DNA of 64,000 nucleotides from Macrostomum hystrix (taxonomy: Eukaryota; Animalia; Platyhelminthes): positions 2,666,001-2,730,000 of the forward strand of contig CATNEN010000002.1 in assembly GCA_950097015.1 (NCBI GenBank). The letters run 5' to 3'. Of this stretch, positions 23,783 to 37,000 are shown piece by piece (the first letter of the stretch is position 1; each line of letters begins with the position of its first letter). The position numbers were made by a program, and so were the translations under genes. Under the pieces are notes generated by a model, which ran no database searches, had not been told where the DNA came from, and worked only from the letters and a program-made list of their open reading frames with translations.

Positions 23783-26700
23783 ATGATTGGCAATGGAGGA
23801 ATTCCAATACAGAGTCTGGCTGGAATCACAAGCCTCACTGACAGTAAGTTAATCATTTTCTGCATCCGTTGGGTCCATTCGTACGTATTATTATTATATC
23901 ATTTGATTATGATTAAAAAATTAACACCCTCGTCACCCTGTGCAGTCCTGCCGGAGCTTCCGCTGCCCCGTCCTGTGCAGTCCAGCCTGTCCGGCCATCA
24001 GTCGCTCTATTTCAACCAGAGGGTGACTCAACAGTCTGAGCAGCAGCTGTCGCTAGGCCGCAGTCAGCAGCCGCGAATATTGGAGACAATCGGCTGGGCG
24101 CTGACTCAAACTGACACATCATCCATTGAGCTGAAATCGGATCAATGTCCCAGTGTTCATTCGCCTCCGGCACTGTTTCAGGCTGTGCTAGCTCAGAATG
24201 CGCGCCGATTTGAACGCCGGCCTGAGTTCGCACCCTACTGCCGCATGCTACTGACCAATGGCGACAGCGGCGCTCTCGGTTCTTCCGTCTCGGCAGCCGC
24301 TTCTGTGGCTGCCGCCTCTGCGGTGCCAGCTGACGGTGATCCCCCACAGGCTACAGGCGACGTCGACATGGAAGACGATGAAGCTTCTAGCCGGCGCGAA
24401 CGGCATCGGCACAAAAAGAAAAAGCGAAAGAAGGAGCGGAGGTCGTCTTCTTCTAATAGAGACGAGGCTCCTGGCGGGGATGCGGCCAGTTCAACAGCAG
24501 CGCCGCCTGACTCGAGCCAGGTGACGGTGGTCAGCCGTGAAGGCATCAAGATCAAGCTCAAACTGCCATCACCGGTAGTGAAACCTATTCGTATTGAAAA
24601 TCCCGCATCGGAGTGTCCTGTCATTGTATCGTCCGGCGACCAGCCAGACGATGACGCCACTGACGCTCTGCCAGACGCCAGCCTCGTCGACGCCGCCGCA
24701 TCGTCGGAGGCGGCCTCGTCGTCAAGGCACAAGAAGGAGAAACGGAAGAAGCACAAAAAGGATAAGAAGCGTAGACTAGAAGCGGCTGAAGCTGAGGCGG
24801 CTGCGGCGCAACACCAGCAACAGCAACAGCAACCGCCTTTGCAGCCGCTGACTCTGACGATGCCTGCCCAACAATCTGGACCTTCGTCTTCGTCTGCTAC
24901 GCCCGGCCTGGCAGCTATGGGGTCTCCGGGCTACATGCGCCAGCAGCAACAGCAGCAGCAACCAAAGCTACAGGAATTGCTGACTAGGCGTAACAGGCGA
25001 AGTCCTTCTCCGCAGCTGCCTCATCATCAGCATCAGCAGCAGCCAATAGTGCAGGCCCCAATGCAACCGGGTCTATTTGCATCGCCTCATCCTCCACTTC
25101 AGCACCAGCTTGGCCAGTATGATGCAGCAGCGATGATGCAGCCACAGCCTCCGCTACCTCAGGTGTCAAGCGCATTACCGCCATCAATATTTGACAATTT
25201 CTTGCTGCCCGGCTTTCTCACGGGTCCTGTTGGGGCCGATGTCCTGCCGGAGATAGGCGAGAACTGGCCAGATCAACCCGCCCTGTCCTATCCTGGCCTG
25301 GGAGACGCATCCTCTTCTGGATTTCCCGTCATGGACTCTTCCGCGTTTCCCTATCTGCAACAGCTGCCGCTAGGCGCTTCGTCACCGTCGCACATGCAGC
25401 AGCAGGTGCCCCAGCTGTCCATGCAGCCACCAACAGCTCCGCCGATGCATTATCACCACCTGACTGGCGGTGTCAGCGGAGCTGGCAAAGGCGGCGGCAA
25501 GCCGGCCTCCGTTACTGGTGGCGAGGCGACCAAGAATTCCAAATCGAAGCGCGGCAGAGGCGCTCGCCGCGGTGGTGGCGGCGGTCGCGGCGGACGCGGC
25601 GGCCAGATCAGCAGCGAGTTGCGCAACCTCATGGACTGGCGATTGCGCGACCAGGGCCAGACTGGCGACGAATCGCTGGATCCCGCCGACACGGAGTCCT
25701 GGGACTCGCGCCTCTGCCAGCACAATCGTTCGTTTGCCAGTAGGTTTAAAAATCTGCGAAGGCCGGCCGCTCAGCAGCTGCGCGGAGTTCAGAATCTGGC
25801 CGACTATCTGGAGAGCGACGATGATGAAGATGACGAGGAGGGCTCGTCCAAGCGGCAGAGGCGGGACTCTGATGAGGACTATAAAGGTGATGAGTTTGAG
25901 CTGGCTTTTGGCGGTGTGATGGTGTCAATACGGATGCATGGCACGCCTAACAGCTTAATTTCCTTATTTTTTATTTCATGAAACTAATAAATATATGTAA
26001 ACTTTATCTTTTTTTGCACAATTTATTTAAAAAACTTATTCTTTCACTGTCCCATAATAGATTTATTAGCACAATATTGGTATTAAATCTTACATTAGTA
26101 ATCTACAATGAGGAGTTATATTGCTTGCTCGAATGATTGAATAATAGAATTTATATTTCACTTGCTCATTTTATTCTTTCTCTTCAGTGATTCATCAGTC
26201 GATAATTATTCCTTCTAGTCTAAGAATTTTATAGATTATTAGAGTTTAACAAGTTAACTTCAATGAGGCATTTGAAGCGACAGTTAAGTTTGCAACAAGA
26301 GCAGCAGCAGCAGCTGGACGAGCAGAACAACAAGCGACCTCGATTCAGTCTTGATGTGTGCCAAATCGAAGCAGCAACAAACAGCGACACTGTGCTGTGT
26401 CATCAGCAGATACTACTGCTAACCGATGGTAGTAATATCTATCGATTATCTTTTCTTGACCAATTAGTTTTTTCTAACAGTTTGGTATATGGTACTGCGT
26501 TCCCATTTTACCGATTAACGCTCTTGACAACCATTTCTAACAAAACGCCTGTATAAAAGTTTTTAATTGACTGTCGTATTGTTTTGCATGCCATTAAGAC
26601 ATTTCAAATGAACAAGTGCAACAGTTTTAATTTGTTCTTTTTTCAGATGCAACTCATACTACTAGCAGTAAGTACTAGTAGGCAAGTAAGCGCGTTTTAT

Positions 26701-28062
26701 TACGTAATTGTTTTATTTGCAAACAATATACCTTAAAAGTTTTTTATAAGTTAAATTTTATTTTTTGCTTAATATTGCGTTGTGTATCTTGAAAAATTGC
26801 AACAAATGAAAAAAACGATGTGAAGAAATATGTTTCAGGGAAAAAGAAATACACCCACAATGATTTAACTTAAGGAAAAATATTTTTAAGGTAAAATGTT
26901 TCTTAATCCCTGAATGGTTATTTATAAATGTACTGCTGACAAGAACGCGCTGTTTCTAAGAATCCGGCATTGAATTTTGTTCACTCACAGTTCGCATCAA
27001 GGGCAGTTCAGAGGGCCGGTTTCCACCGCTGGCCAAGGGCAATACGGATCGACCACGCGAGCGTGTCAAATGCGGCCTGGGCGTCAATTTGGGCATTCTG
27101 TCCACCGAGGAGATAGTCGCCTCCGAGACATTCGTCCACTTCAAGGAGCTGGTTGATCAGGCTTTGGACGCTGTGGAAGATGTCGACATCAAAGTACTGG
27201 ATGACTCCGACGATCTGCCAGCTGAATTGAAGATTCCTTCCCGACTGTTGTCTGATCTGTGCGCCAAGGCCAACCAGATGAAGGCTGTTGGTGCTATGCG
27301 GGAGGTGCCTGTACAGCGGCTGACCCGACTGCTTACACTGCTGTTAGCCAACATTAAGGATGGAGCTAGGGTGGAGCCGTTTGCAAAGCCGGTGAGTGAT
27401 TTACTGTTTCTGCTGCTCTTGTCACGGTAGACTATGGCAGATTTTGTCATTTTCTTACATGGCAGTGCAGTGCTGCTAGATTACATTTTGAAAATAATTT
27501 TTTATATTCAAATTAACAAAATTCAATAGAATTATACCTGAATTTTCCGTTTTTTTGCTCTAAATTTGAGTCTGAAAATATCGTCATTTTTATAGTAGGT
27601 TGGATCCCATAAGTATTTTATTTTTATCGTAGAGTTAATAAATTAAATGGATTATAATCCCCTCACTTAGCTTGCAGTTCCCCAGAATACATATACTTCA
27701 GTAGTTTCCCATAATTTCTATAAATCCCAGTATGCAATGATGCCGAATGATTTCAGGGCGAAGAAGCTGAAGACACCGAAGGCCGCCTGTGGCGCGAGCT
27801 GTGCATGGAGCGGGTGATGCGCTCAGTTGAAGCCTCACTAACCGCACTAATCATCATGACATCTCCCGGTATGCCCAAGGAGGTGTTCGTTGAGGATGTC
27901 ATTGAGCGGGCGGTGGCGGTGGCGAAGTTCCAATTAAACAACACCGTGTACCCGGAGGCCGACCCGGCTTACCGCAAGGCCAGCCATCACAAGGCCACGC
28001 AGCAGAGCATACGTAGTCAGCGGGCCAAGGAGCGAGGCCACGGCGGTCTGGCTTCCGGCGGA

Positions 28063-28093
<31 letters not shown>

Positions 28094-31000
28094 GGCCCCG
28101 TGCCCTAACTCACCTGTTGAATCGTCTAGTTGAATTAGTTGACAGTTTTGCTCAACTGGTTGATCTGCAGCGGCTAACTGACAATGCCATATTAGCAATG
28201 TCCGGCCTAGCTGTGGCGCCATTCTTTGTAGAGAATGTCGAGAATTTACAGCTAAGTGCTCTCAGACTCTGTCCCATTGTGTTCTGCAAGTATGAGAAAC
28301 ATCGCCAACTCATCTTGGAGGAGCTGTTCGCCTCGCTGGCCCGTCTGCCTAGCAGCAAGCGGAGTCTGCGCAGCTTCCGCCTAAACTCAGAGGAGAGCAT
28401 CCAGATGCTGACTGCCCTGTCACTGCTGCTTGTTCAATCTGTGGTGCGACTACCCGCTGCTGTGCCAACAACTAGGGATCAGGACACCGCGGTTGCTATG
28501 GACCTGTTGGATACCTACGAGTCCGCTAGGAAGACTGCTCAGGTCAGCTGTTAAATATTTGGGATCCTAAACATTTGTCAACTTGGTCAACTTTCTTAGA
28601 GACAAAACTGTCGTCTGACATGACAGACCTGTCATTCTCCATCTACCTGTCATTCTACATCTACCTGTCATTCTCCATCTACCTGTCATTCTCCATCTAC
28701 CTGTCATTCCTCATCTACCTGACATTCTTCATCTACCTGTCATTCTACATCTACCTGTCATTCCTCATCTACCTGACATTCTTTATCTACCTGTCATTCT
28801 CCATCTACCTGTCATTCTCCATCTACCTGTCATTCTCCATCTACCTGTCATTCTACATCTACCTGTCATTCCTCATCTACCTGACATTCTTCATCTACCT
28901 GTCATTCTACATCTACCTGTCATTCTCCATCTACCTGTCATTCTCCATCTACCTGTCATTCTACATCTACCTGTCATTCTCCATCTACCTGTCATTCTCC
29001 ATCTACCTGTCATTCTACATCTACCTGTCATTCTCCATCTACCTGTCATTCCTCATCTACCTGTCATTCTCCATCTACCTGTCATTCTAAATCTACCTGT
29101 CATTCTACATCTACCTGTCATTCTACATCTACCTGTCATTCTCCATCTACCTGTCATTCTCCATCTACCTGTCATTCTACATCTACCTGTCATTCTCCTG
29201 ACATTCTACATCTACCTGTCATTCCTCATCTACCTGTCATTCTCCATCTACCTGTCATTCTCCATCTACCTGTAATTCTACATCTACCTGTCATTCTACA
29301 TCTACCTGTCATTCTACATCTACCTGTCATTCTCTATCTACCTGACATTCTCCATCTACCTGTCATTCCTCATCTACCTGTCATTCTCCATCTACCTGTC
29401 ATTCTACATCTACCTGTCATTCTCCATCTACCTGTCATTCTACATCTACCTGTCATTCTCCATCTACCTGTCATTCTCTATCTACCTGTCATTCTACATC
29501 TACCTGTCATTCTCCATCTACCTGTCATTCCTCATCTACCTGTCATTCTCCATCTACCTGTCATTCTAAATCTACCTGTCATTCTACATCTACCTGTCAT
29601 TCTACATCTACCTGTCATTCTCCATCTACCTGTCATTCTCCATCTACCTGTCATTCTACATCTACCTGTCATTCTCCTGACATTCTACATCTACCTGTCA
29701 TTCCTCATCTACCTGTCATTCTCCATCTACCTGTCATTCTCCATCTACCTGTCATTCTACATCTACCTGTCATTCTACATCTACCTGTCATTCTACATCT
29801 ACCTGTCATTCTCTATCTACCTGACATTCTCTATCTACCTGTCATTCCTCATCTACCTGTCATTCTCCATCTACCTGTCATTCTACATCTACCTGTCATT
29901 CTCCATCTACCTGTCATTCTACATCTACCTGTCATTCTCCATCTACCTGTCATTCTCTATCTACCTGTCATTCTACATCTACCTGTCATTCTACATCTAC
30001 CTGTCATTCTACATCTACCTGTCATTCTACATCTACCTGTCATTCTACATCTACCTGTCATTCCTCATCTACCTGACATTCTTCATCTACCTGTCATTCT
30101 ACATCTACCTGTCATTCCTCATCTACCTGTCATTCTCCATCTACCTGTCATTCTCCATCTACCTGTCATTCTACATCTACCTGTCATTCTACATCTACCT
30201 GTCATTCTACATCTACCTGTCATTCCCTATTTACATTTATTTCCCTTTCTGCCAGTTATTCCGCTATTATATTTTTTTAATTGAATGAATAAAACCATAA
30301 CTTTAATCCCCTAATCGAATTCCCAACACCTTAGGTGTTCCTCATTGTCTTCCTAAACAAGTGCGCCAAGAAGACAGAAGAGCAAGATTACCGTGGCATA
30401 TTCGAGAACTTTGTTGAAGACCTTCTGCTAGCCGTTAACAAGCCCGAATGGCCGGCGGCTGAAATGTTCCTGAGTCTGCTGGGCGGCCTTCTAGTCAAAC
30501 AATTCGCCGACCGCGGCGTTGACCAGTCACTGCGTGTCGCATCATTGGATTACCTTGGCACTGTGGCCTCGCGACTGAGAAAGGATGCTGTCACTAGCGA
30601 GATGAGCGAACAGGTGAGACTAGGATTACAATTCTGGCTTAAACGATTTAAATTCTGGCTCCTTCTCCGTCATTTCCCGTCTACATGTCTAATCATAGCT
30701 ACCAGCCATTTCCTATCTATCATTTCCTATCTACCTGTCATTGCCCATTTACCTGTCATTTGCCCATTTACCTGTCATCTTCTATTTACCTTTCATTCCC
30801 ATTTACCTGTCATTTCCCATCTCCCTGTCATCTTGTATTGACCTTTGATTCCCACTTATCTGTCATTTCCCATCTCCCTGTCATCTTTTATTTACCTGTA
30901 ATTTCCTATTTACCTGTCATATTCTATTCACTTGTCATTTCCCATTTACCTGTCGTTTCCTAACTGTCTTTCGCTATACGTCCTTCGATCTCTCTATGGG

Positions 31001-34000
31001 TCACTAGTCTTGAGCTTTTATTATTGAATGCCTGAATCGTCACGATTGCTGTTATTGTAAGTAGCACAGTTGAGTCTTTTAAATCATGAAATGATAACCA
31101 AACAACAACCAAACGGCATTCAGGATCTCGACAGTCTGGTAGCTGAAATCCGCGGTCACACTCGCGGCATGGACGCATCTGGCGGCGCCGGAGCCGATTC
31201 CTCAGCCGCTGGCAACGAAGCCCCAGTCTCCAAGGAGGAACGAATCGTCATCCTGCAGAAGGCCATTGTGGACTATTTAAACGCTGAAGATGTTGACGCC
31301 TCAATTCACTACGCTGTCAGATTCTATCTGGCCCAGTGGTACAAAGACTGCGCCAAGGAGGTCGAGCGAACCGTTCAACAGCAGCGTGAAGCTTCTAACA
31401 ATGACGAATCGGCGGTGGCACACGAGTCGCTGGACCAATTGGAGACCAGGCGATCGGCCCTACTCATGCGCAGCTGCGAACTCGGCTCCGCTGCTAGTCA
31501 GTTGGCTGCTTCTAAAAGAAGACTGCTTACAACTGGGCGCAACGATACCTACGTGCTGGACTACGAAGAGGCCTGCCTTGTGTGCCGCTATTTGGCATCA
31601 ATGCGACCATTCTCTCAGAGCTTCGATATCTACCTGTCCCAGATACTGAAAGTGCTCAATGAACAGTCTGTAGCTGTGAGAACCAAGGCTATTAAATGCC
31701 TCACAGCTGTTGTTGAAGTTGATCCATCCGTATTAGAGCGGGCAGATATTGAAAGAACAGTGCACGGCCGACTATTGGATAATTCAACTTCTGTTAGGGA
31801 GGCCTGCATTGAACTGATTGGCAAGTTCATTATTATCCGGCCTCAACTGACCGCCCAGTATTATGGCATGCTGTCTGACCGCATTCTCGACACTGGCATC
31901 AGTGTGCGCAAGCGGGTAATTAAAATCTTTCGCGACATCTGCGTTGAACAGCCGGACTTTAATAAAATACCCGAGATGTGTGTCAAAATGATCCGGCGGG
32001 TTAACGACGAAGAAGGCATTCGCAAGCTGGTTAACGAAGTGTTTCAAGCCATGTGGTTCTCGCCAGTGAAAGAGTCTCACAATGTCAAGCTGTTGCAGAA
32101 GGTGATGAACATCACTGATGTCGTGGCTGCCTGCAGGGATCAGGTAAGGCTAGAGTTGCTTTTTTAATCACATTAAAATTACTACTTTACGATATTAGAG
32201 AAACTTGTACATTTAATTCTAAATGTAACGGAATTTCCTCATTAGCGGAAGTTAAAAAAAGTTTTTTTGTCTTTATAGTAGCGAATTAAGTCAAATATGT
32301 ATCTATTTATTGGCCGTGACAATATACAATTGGCCTTGAATGTATGTAAAATTGTTATTGTTAATGTTAATCTAAACATCCTAAGCATTGCTAAACTAGA
32401 AAGTAGCGAAGTCTCCATTTTTTTTTATGTAACGATAACATCGTTTCGGTTACGATAACATCAGTAAAGTAGCGGTACTATTGGTAAAATAACAATTTCC
32501 TCGTTGAAGTAACGATATCATAAGTAAAGTAACGATATCATAAGTAAAGTAACGATTTCATAAGTAAAGTAACGATATCATAAGTAAAGTAACGATATCA
32601 TAAGTAAAGTAACGATATCATAAGTAAAGTAACGATATCATAAGTAAAGTAAAGATGTCATAGGTACAGTAGCGATTGGACATGTTGTCGTAATTTTCAA
32701 CGAACTACTAATTGTTATTACTATTAAGAATTGTAATTCACCTGTTACACTACTGTAGTTAGTAGTCGAGTTTATGCATATAAACAATAGATTTAAAAAG
32801 TATCACAAACCAAAACACTCGCCCAGGGTTACGACTGGTTTGAAGGCCTCCTACGCAGTCTGCTAAAAGAAGAGAAAGAAGAGAAACTCCGCCCAGTTGA
32901 AAAGGCCTGCCGCCAGATAGTTGACACTCTGGTGGCCAATATCATGCGCCTGGAGGAAATATCTAGCAACAACAACCAGCGCCTGGTAGCCTGCCTCTGC
33001 ACCCTGTACATGCTCACCAAGATCCGGCCGAATCTCATGGTTGACCACGCCAGCACCTTGCAGTCTTATTTGAAGATTAAAATTAGCAGCCAGCAAGATA
33101 ATTATGTGCTGCACTATGTGGCCAAGATACTGGAACTCACCGTGCCTCTAATGGAGCATCCCAATGAGGAGGAGCTTTGTTCCATCGAACAGGAGATGGT
33201 CCAACTCACAATGCGCAAGGGCATGATGGTGCTAGACAGTGCCATCGCCTGCCTCAGTGCCGTTGTCAACAGGGTGACGCATAACTACTCGCTGATCAGG
33301 TCGTGCTTCAATCTGTTCTACACTCCAATTGATCGCCAGCAGCAGGAGAACATTGCCACAGGCGCTGAGCTCATTGATCCCAGACAGAAGCCGTCAATAC
33401 TGCGCGGCCTGTACACAGTCGGCCTGCTGTTGAAGTACTTCGATCTGGAGAGTATTACAACTTACGAGACTGGGGCTATTATGCAGCGCGTATTCAGCTC
33501 CTTCATGTTCTTCTGCTCCCAGTGCGCCGATCCGGATGTTGTGAAGAAATCCCTTATGGGTCTGGGATTTATGTGTGCCAGGCATTCCCACCTGCTGTTG
33601 CAGGATCCATTGAAGTCTTATTATTGCGGACTAATCTCATCGCCAACCGTGTCTGACGAGACCAAGGCTCTGGTGCTGAAGAATCTCACCAATTTCCTGC
33701 TGGAAGAAGAGGCCAACATGGTGCAGGCCGACTCGCACTGGAAGGATCATGTTCAGCAGGAGTCGCTGAAGGAGATGCACGATGTGCAGAGTGGCAAAGC
33801 TAGCATGGTTGCACAGGCCTACCTGGATCAGGTGCGCCTGATTAACTGCGGTTCTATTCTGCCACTTCTTCAGGTTCTATTCAGTCAATTCCTCAGGTTC
33901 TATTCTGCCACTTCTTCAGGTTCTATTCAGCCAATTCTTCAGGTTCTATTCAGCCACTTCTTCAGGTTCTATTCTGCCACTTCTTCAGGTTCTATTCAGC

Positions 34001-37000
34001 CAATTCTTCAGGTTCTATTCTGCCACTTCTTCAGGTTCTATTCAGCCAATTCTTCAGGTTCTATTCAGCCAATTCTTCAGGTTCTATTCAGCCAATTCTT
34101 CAGGTTCTATTCAGCCACTTCTTCAGGTTCTATTCAGCCACTTCTTCAGGTTCTATTCAGCCAATTCTTCAGGTTCTATTCTGCCACTTCTTCAAGTTCT
34201 ATTCAGCCACTTCTTCAGGTTCTATTCAGCCACTTCTTCAGGTTCTATTCTGCCACTTCGTCAGGTTCTATTCAGCCAATTCTTCAGGTTCTATTCAGTC
34301 AATTCTTCAGGTTCTATTCTGCCACTTCTTCAGGTTCTATTCAGCCAATTCTTTAGGTTCTATTCTGCCACTTCTTCAGGTTCTATTCAGCCAATTCTTC
34401 AGGTTCTATTCAGCCAATTCTTCAGGTTCTATTCAGCCACTTCTTCAGGTTCTATTCAGCCACTTCTTCAGGTTCTATTCAGCCACTTCTTCAGGTTCTA
34501 TTCAGCCACTTCTTCAGGTTCTATTCTGCCACTTCTTCAGGTTCTTTTGTGCCACTTCTTCAGGTTCTATTCAGCCACTTCTTCAGGTTCTATTCTGCCA
34601 CTTCTTCAGGTTCTATTCAGTCAATTCCTCAGGTTCTATTCTGCCACTTCTTCAGGTTCTATTCAGCCAATTCTTCAGGTTCTATTCTGCCACTTCTTCA
34701 GGTTCTATTCAGCCAATTCTTCAGGTTCTATTCTGCCACTTCTTCAGGTTCTATTCAGCCACTTCTTCAGGTTCTATTCTGCCACTTCTTCAGGTTCTAT
34801 TCAGCCAATTCTTCAGGTTCTATTCAGCCAATTCTTCAGGTTCTATTCAGCCACTTCTTCAGGTTCTATTCAGCCAATTCTTCAGGTTCTATTCAGCCAC
34901 TTCTTCAGGTTCTATTCAGCCAATTCTTCAGGTTCTATTCTGCCACTTCTTCAGGTTCTTTTGTGCCACTTCTTCAGGTTCTATTCAGCCAATTCTTCAG
35001 GTTCTATTCAGTCAATTCTTCAGGTTCTATTCAGTCAATTCCTCAGGTTCTATTCAGTCAATTCCTCAGGTTCTATTCAGTCAATTCCTCAGGTTCTATT
35101 CTGCCACTTCTTCAGGTTCTATTGTGCCACTTCTTCAGGTTCTTTTGTGCCACTTCTTCAGGTTCTATTCTGCCACTTCTTCAGGTTCTATTGTGCCACT
35201 TCTTCAGGTTCTATTCTGCCACTTCTTCAGGTTCTATTCAGCCACTTCTTCAGGTTCTATTCAGCCAATTCCTCAGGATCTATTCAGCCAATTCTTCAGG
35301 TTTTATTCAGCCAATTCCTCAGGTTCTATTCAGCCAAGTCCTCATTTTCTATATATATTTGCGAATTCCCGCAGGTCCTGACTGCATTCTACTACAAAGA
35401 CTCAGCCGTCCGCCTGGCCGCCCTAACCATGGTTGTGACCATTCTCCGCCAGGGCCTCATTCATCCGGTTAAAACGGTGGCCCATCTCATCAGCATGCAG
35501 TCGGACACAGATCCGGCCATTAGATCTAAAGCCGATGCACAGCTAATGGAGATTGAGAAGCACTATCCCAGCTTCATCAATATGCGGGCCCTGTTTGGAG
35601 TGCGGCAGAGCTTCCAGCTGCAACGGGTGCTCAGACCCGGCAAGGTGGTTCGCGGCATCCGGGATCCTGACGCTGATCCACCGGTGGCTATGAATCATCA
35701 CCTGTACTCCATGCTTAGAACCAACCGAATGAATCGGCGTGTTCTCATCACCAGTATGCTCAATCTGTTCGATGAGAATCCCAGCCAGGTTTGTCATCTT
35801 ACCTGTCCGTTCAATTATCTGCCTGTCATCTCACCTGTCCGTATATTTATCTGCCTGTCATCTCACCTGTCCGTATATTTATCTGCCTGTCATCTCACCT
35901 GTCCGTATATTTATCTGCCTGTCTTCTCACCTGTCCGTATATTTATCTGCCTGTCATCTCACCTGTCCGTTCATTTATCTGCCTGTCATCTCACCTGTCC
36001 GTTTATTTATCTGCCTGTCATCTCACCTGTCCGTTCATTTATCTGCCTGTCATCTCACCTGTCCGTTCATTTATCTGCCTGTCATCTCACCTGTCCGTTC
36101 AATTATCTGCCTGTCTTGTCACCGGCCGTTCATTTATCTGCCTGTCATCTCACCTGTCCGTTCATTTATCTGCCTGTCATCTCACCTGTCCGTTCATTTA
36201 TCTGGCTGTCTTCTAACCTGTCCCTATATTTATCTGCCTGTCTTCTTACCTGTCCGGTTATCTATTGGCCTGTCTTCTCACCTGTCCGGTTATCTATTGG
36301 CCTGTCTTCTCACCTGTCTGGTTATCTATTGGCCTGTCTATCGGACCTCTTCATTTTACTGTTATTTAGTTCAGACTAAATTAAGTTCCAAATATATACA
36401 ACTGTTCTGCAGTTCACATCCCAGTAACTAGTTGCAACTTGCAAACTCTCAAGTTGCTTCTTCAAAGAAGTATTATTTTAAGAATCGCAGACTCACAATA
36501 TATTTTAGAAAACATTCTATGTTATATGCTGAATATTTTCTGCGATAGGATCTAAAGTATTTATAACTCATCTGGGCTTTGTTTCTCATTTTGAGTTGAA
36601 CGTCTCACAAATCAGATATTTGATTCAAGCATCCCCTACGCCTATTATCTGCTGCTCTTATCAGCTCTGTGCCATCCCCTAAAGCGAGTTTCCGCTCTGT
36701 TGCTATTCAGTTTTATTTTTTTAAATCGCATGCGTCAAAGCAGACAATTGGCGTCCCTGGTTACCAAAGCGATGCCTCGCTAGTTGTTTTTTAGCAGATT
36801 TCCTAGTCTTATCCATTGTGTCTCTATAGTCAGCCTGTTTTGAATTCCCCTCATTTTGTTCGCTGCTTCACAATATCTCACTTGTGTCGTTTGCAAAAAA
36901 TTTCATTTCTTTCTTTCTTTTGGTGTTCTGTGCATCACTTTCTGTCTATTTTTACTGATTTAAACTGCGTTTTTTGTATCTCTTAAGCTTCTCTTCTGTC

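Noticed and set aside
33832-35374. ORF extensions FFRFYSATSSGSIQPLLQVLFS
   Set aside because: Translation of the 23-bp intronic array; NIPBL homology stops at the 33831 donor and resumes at 35375.
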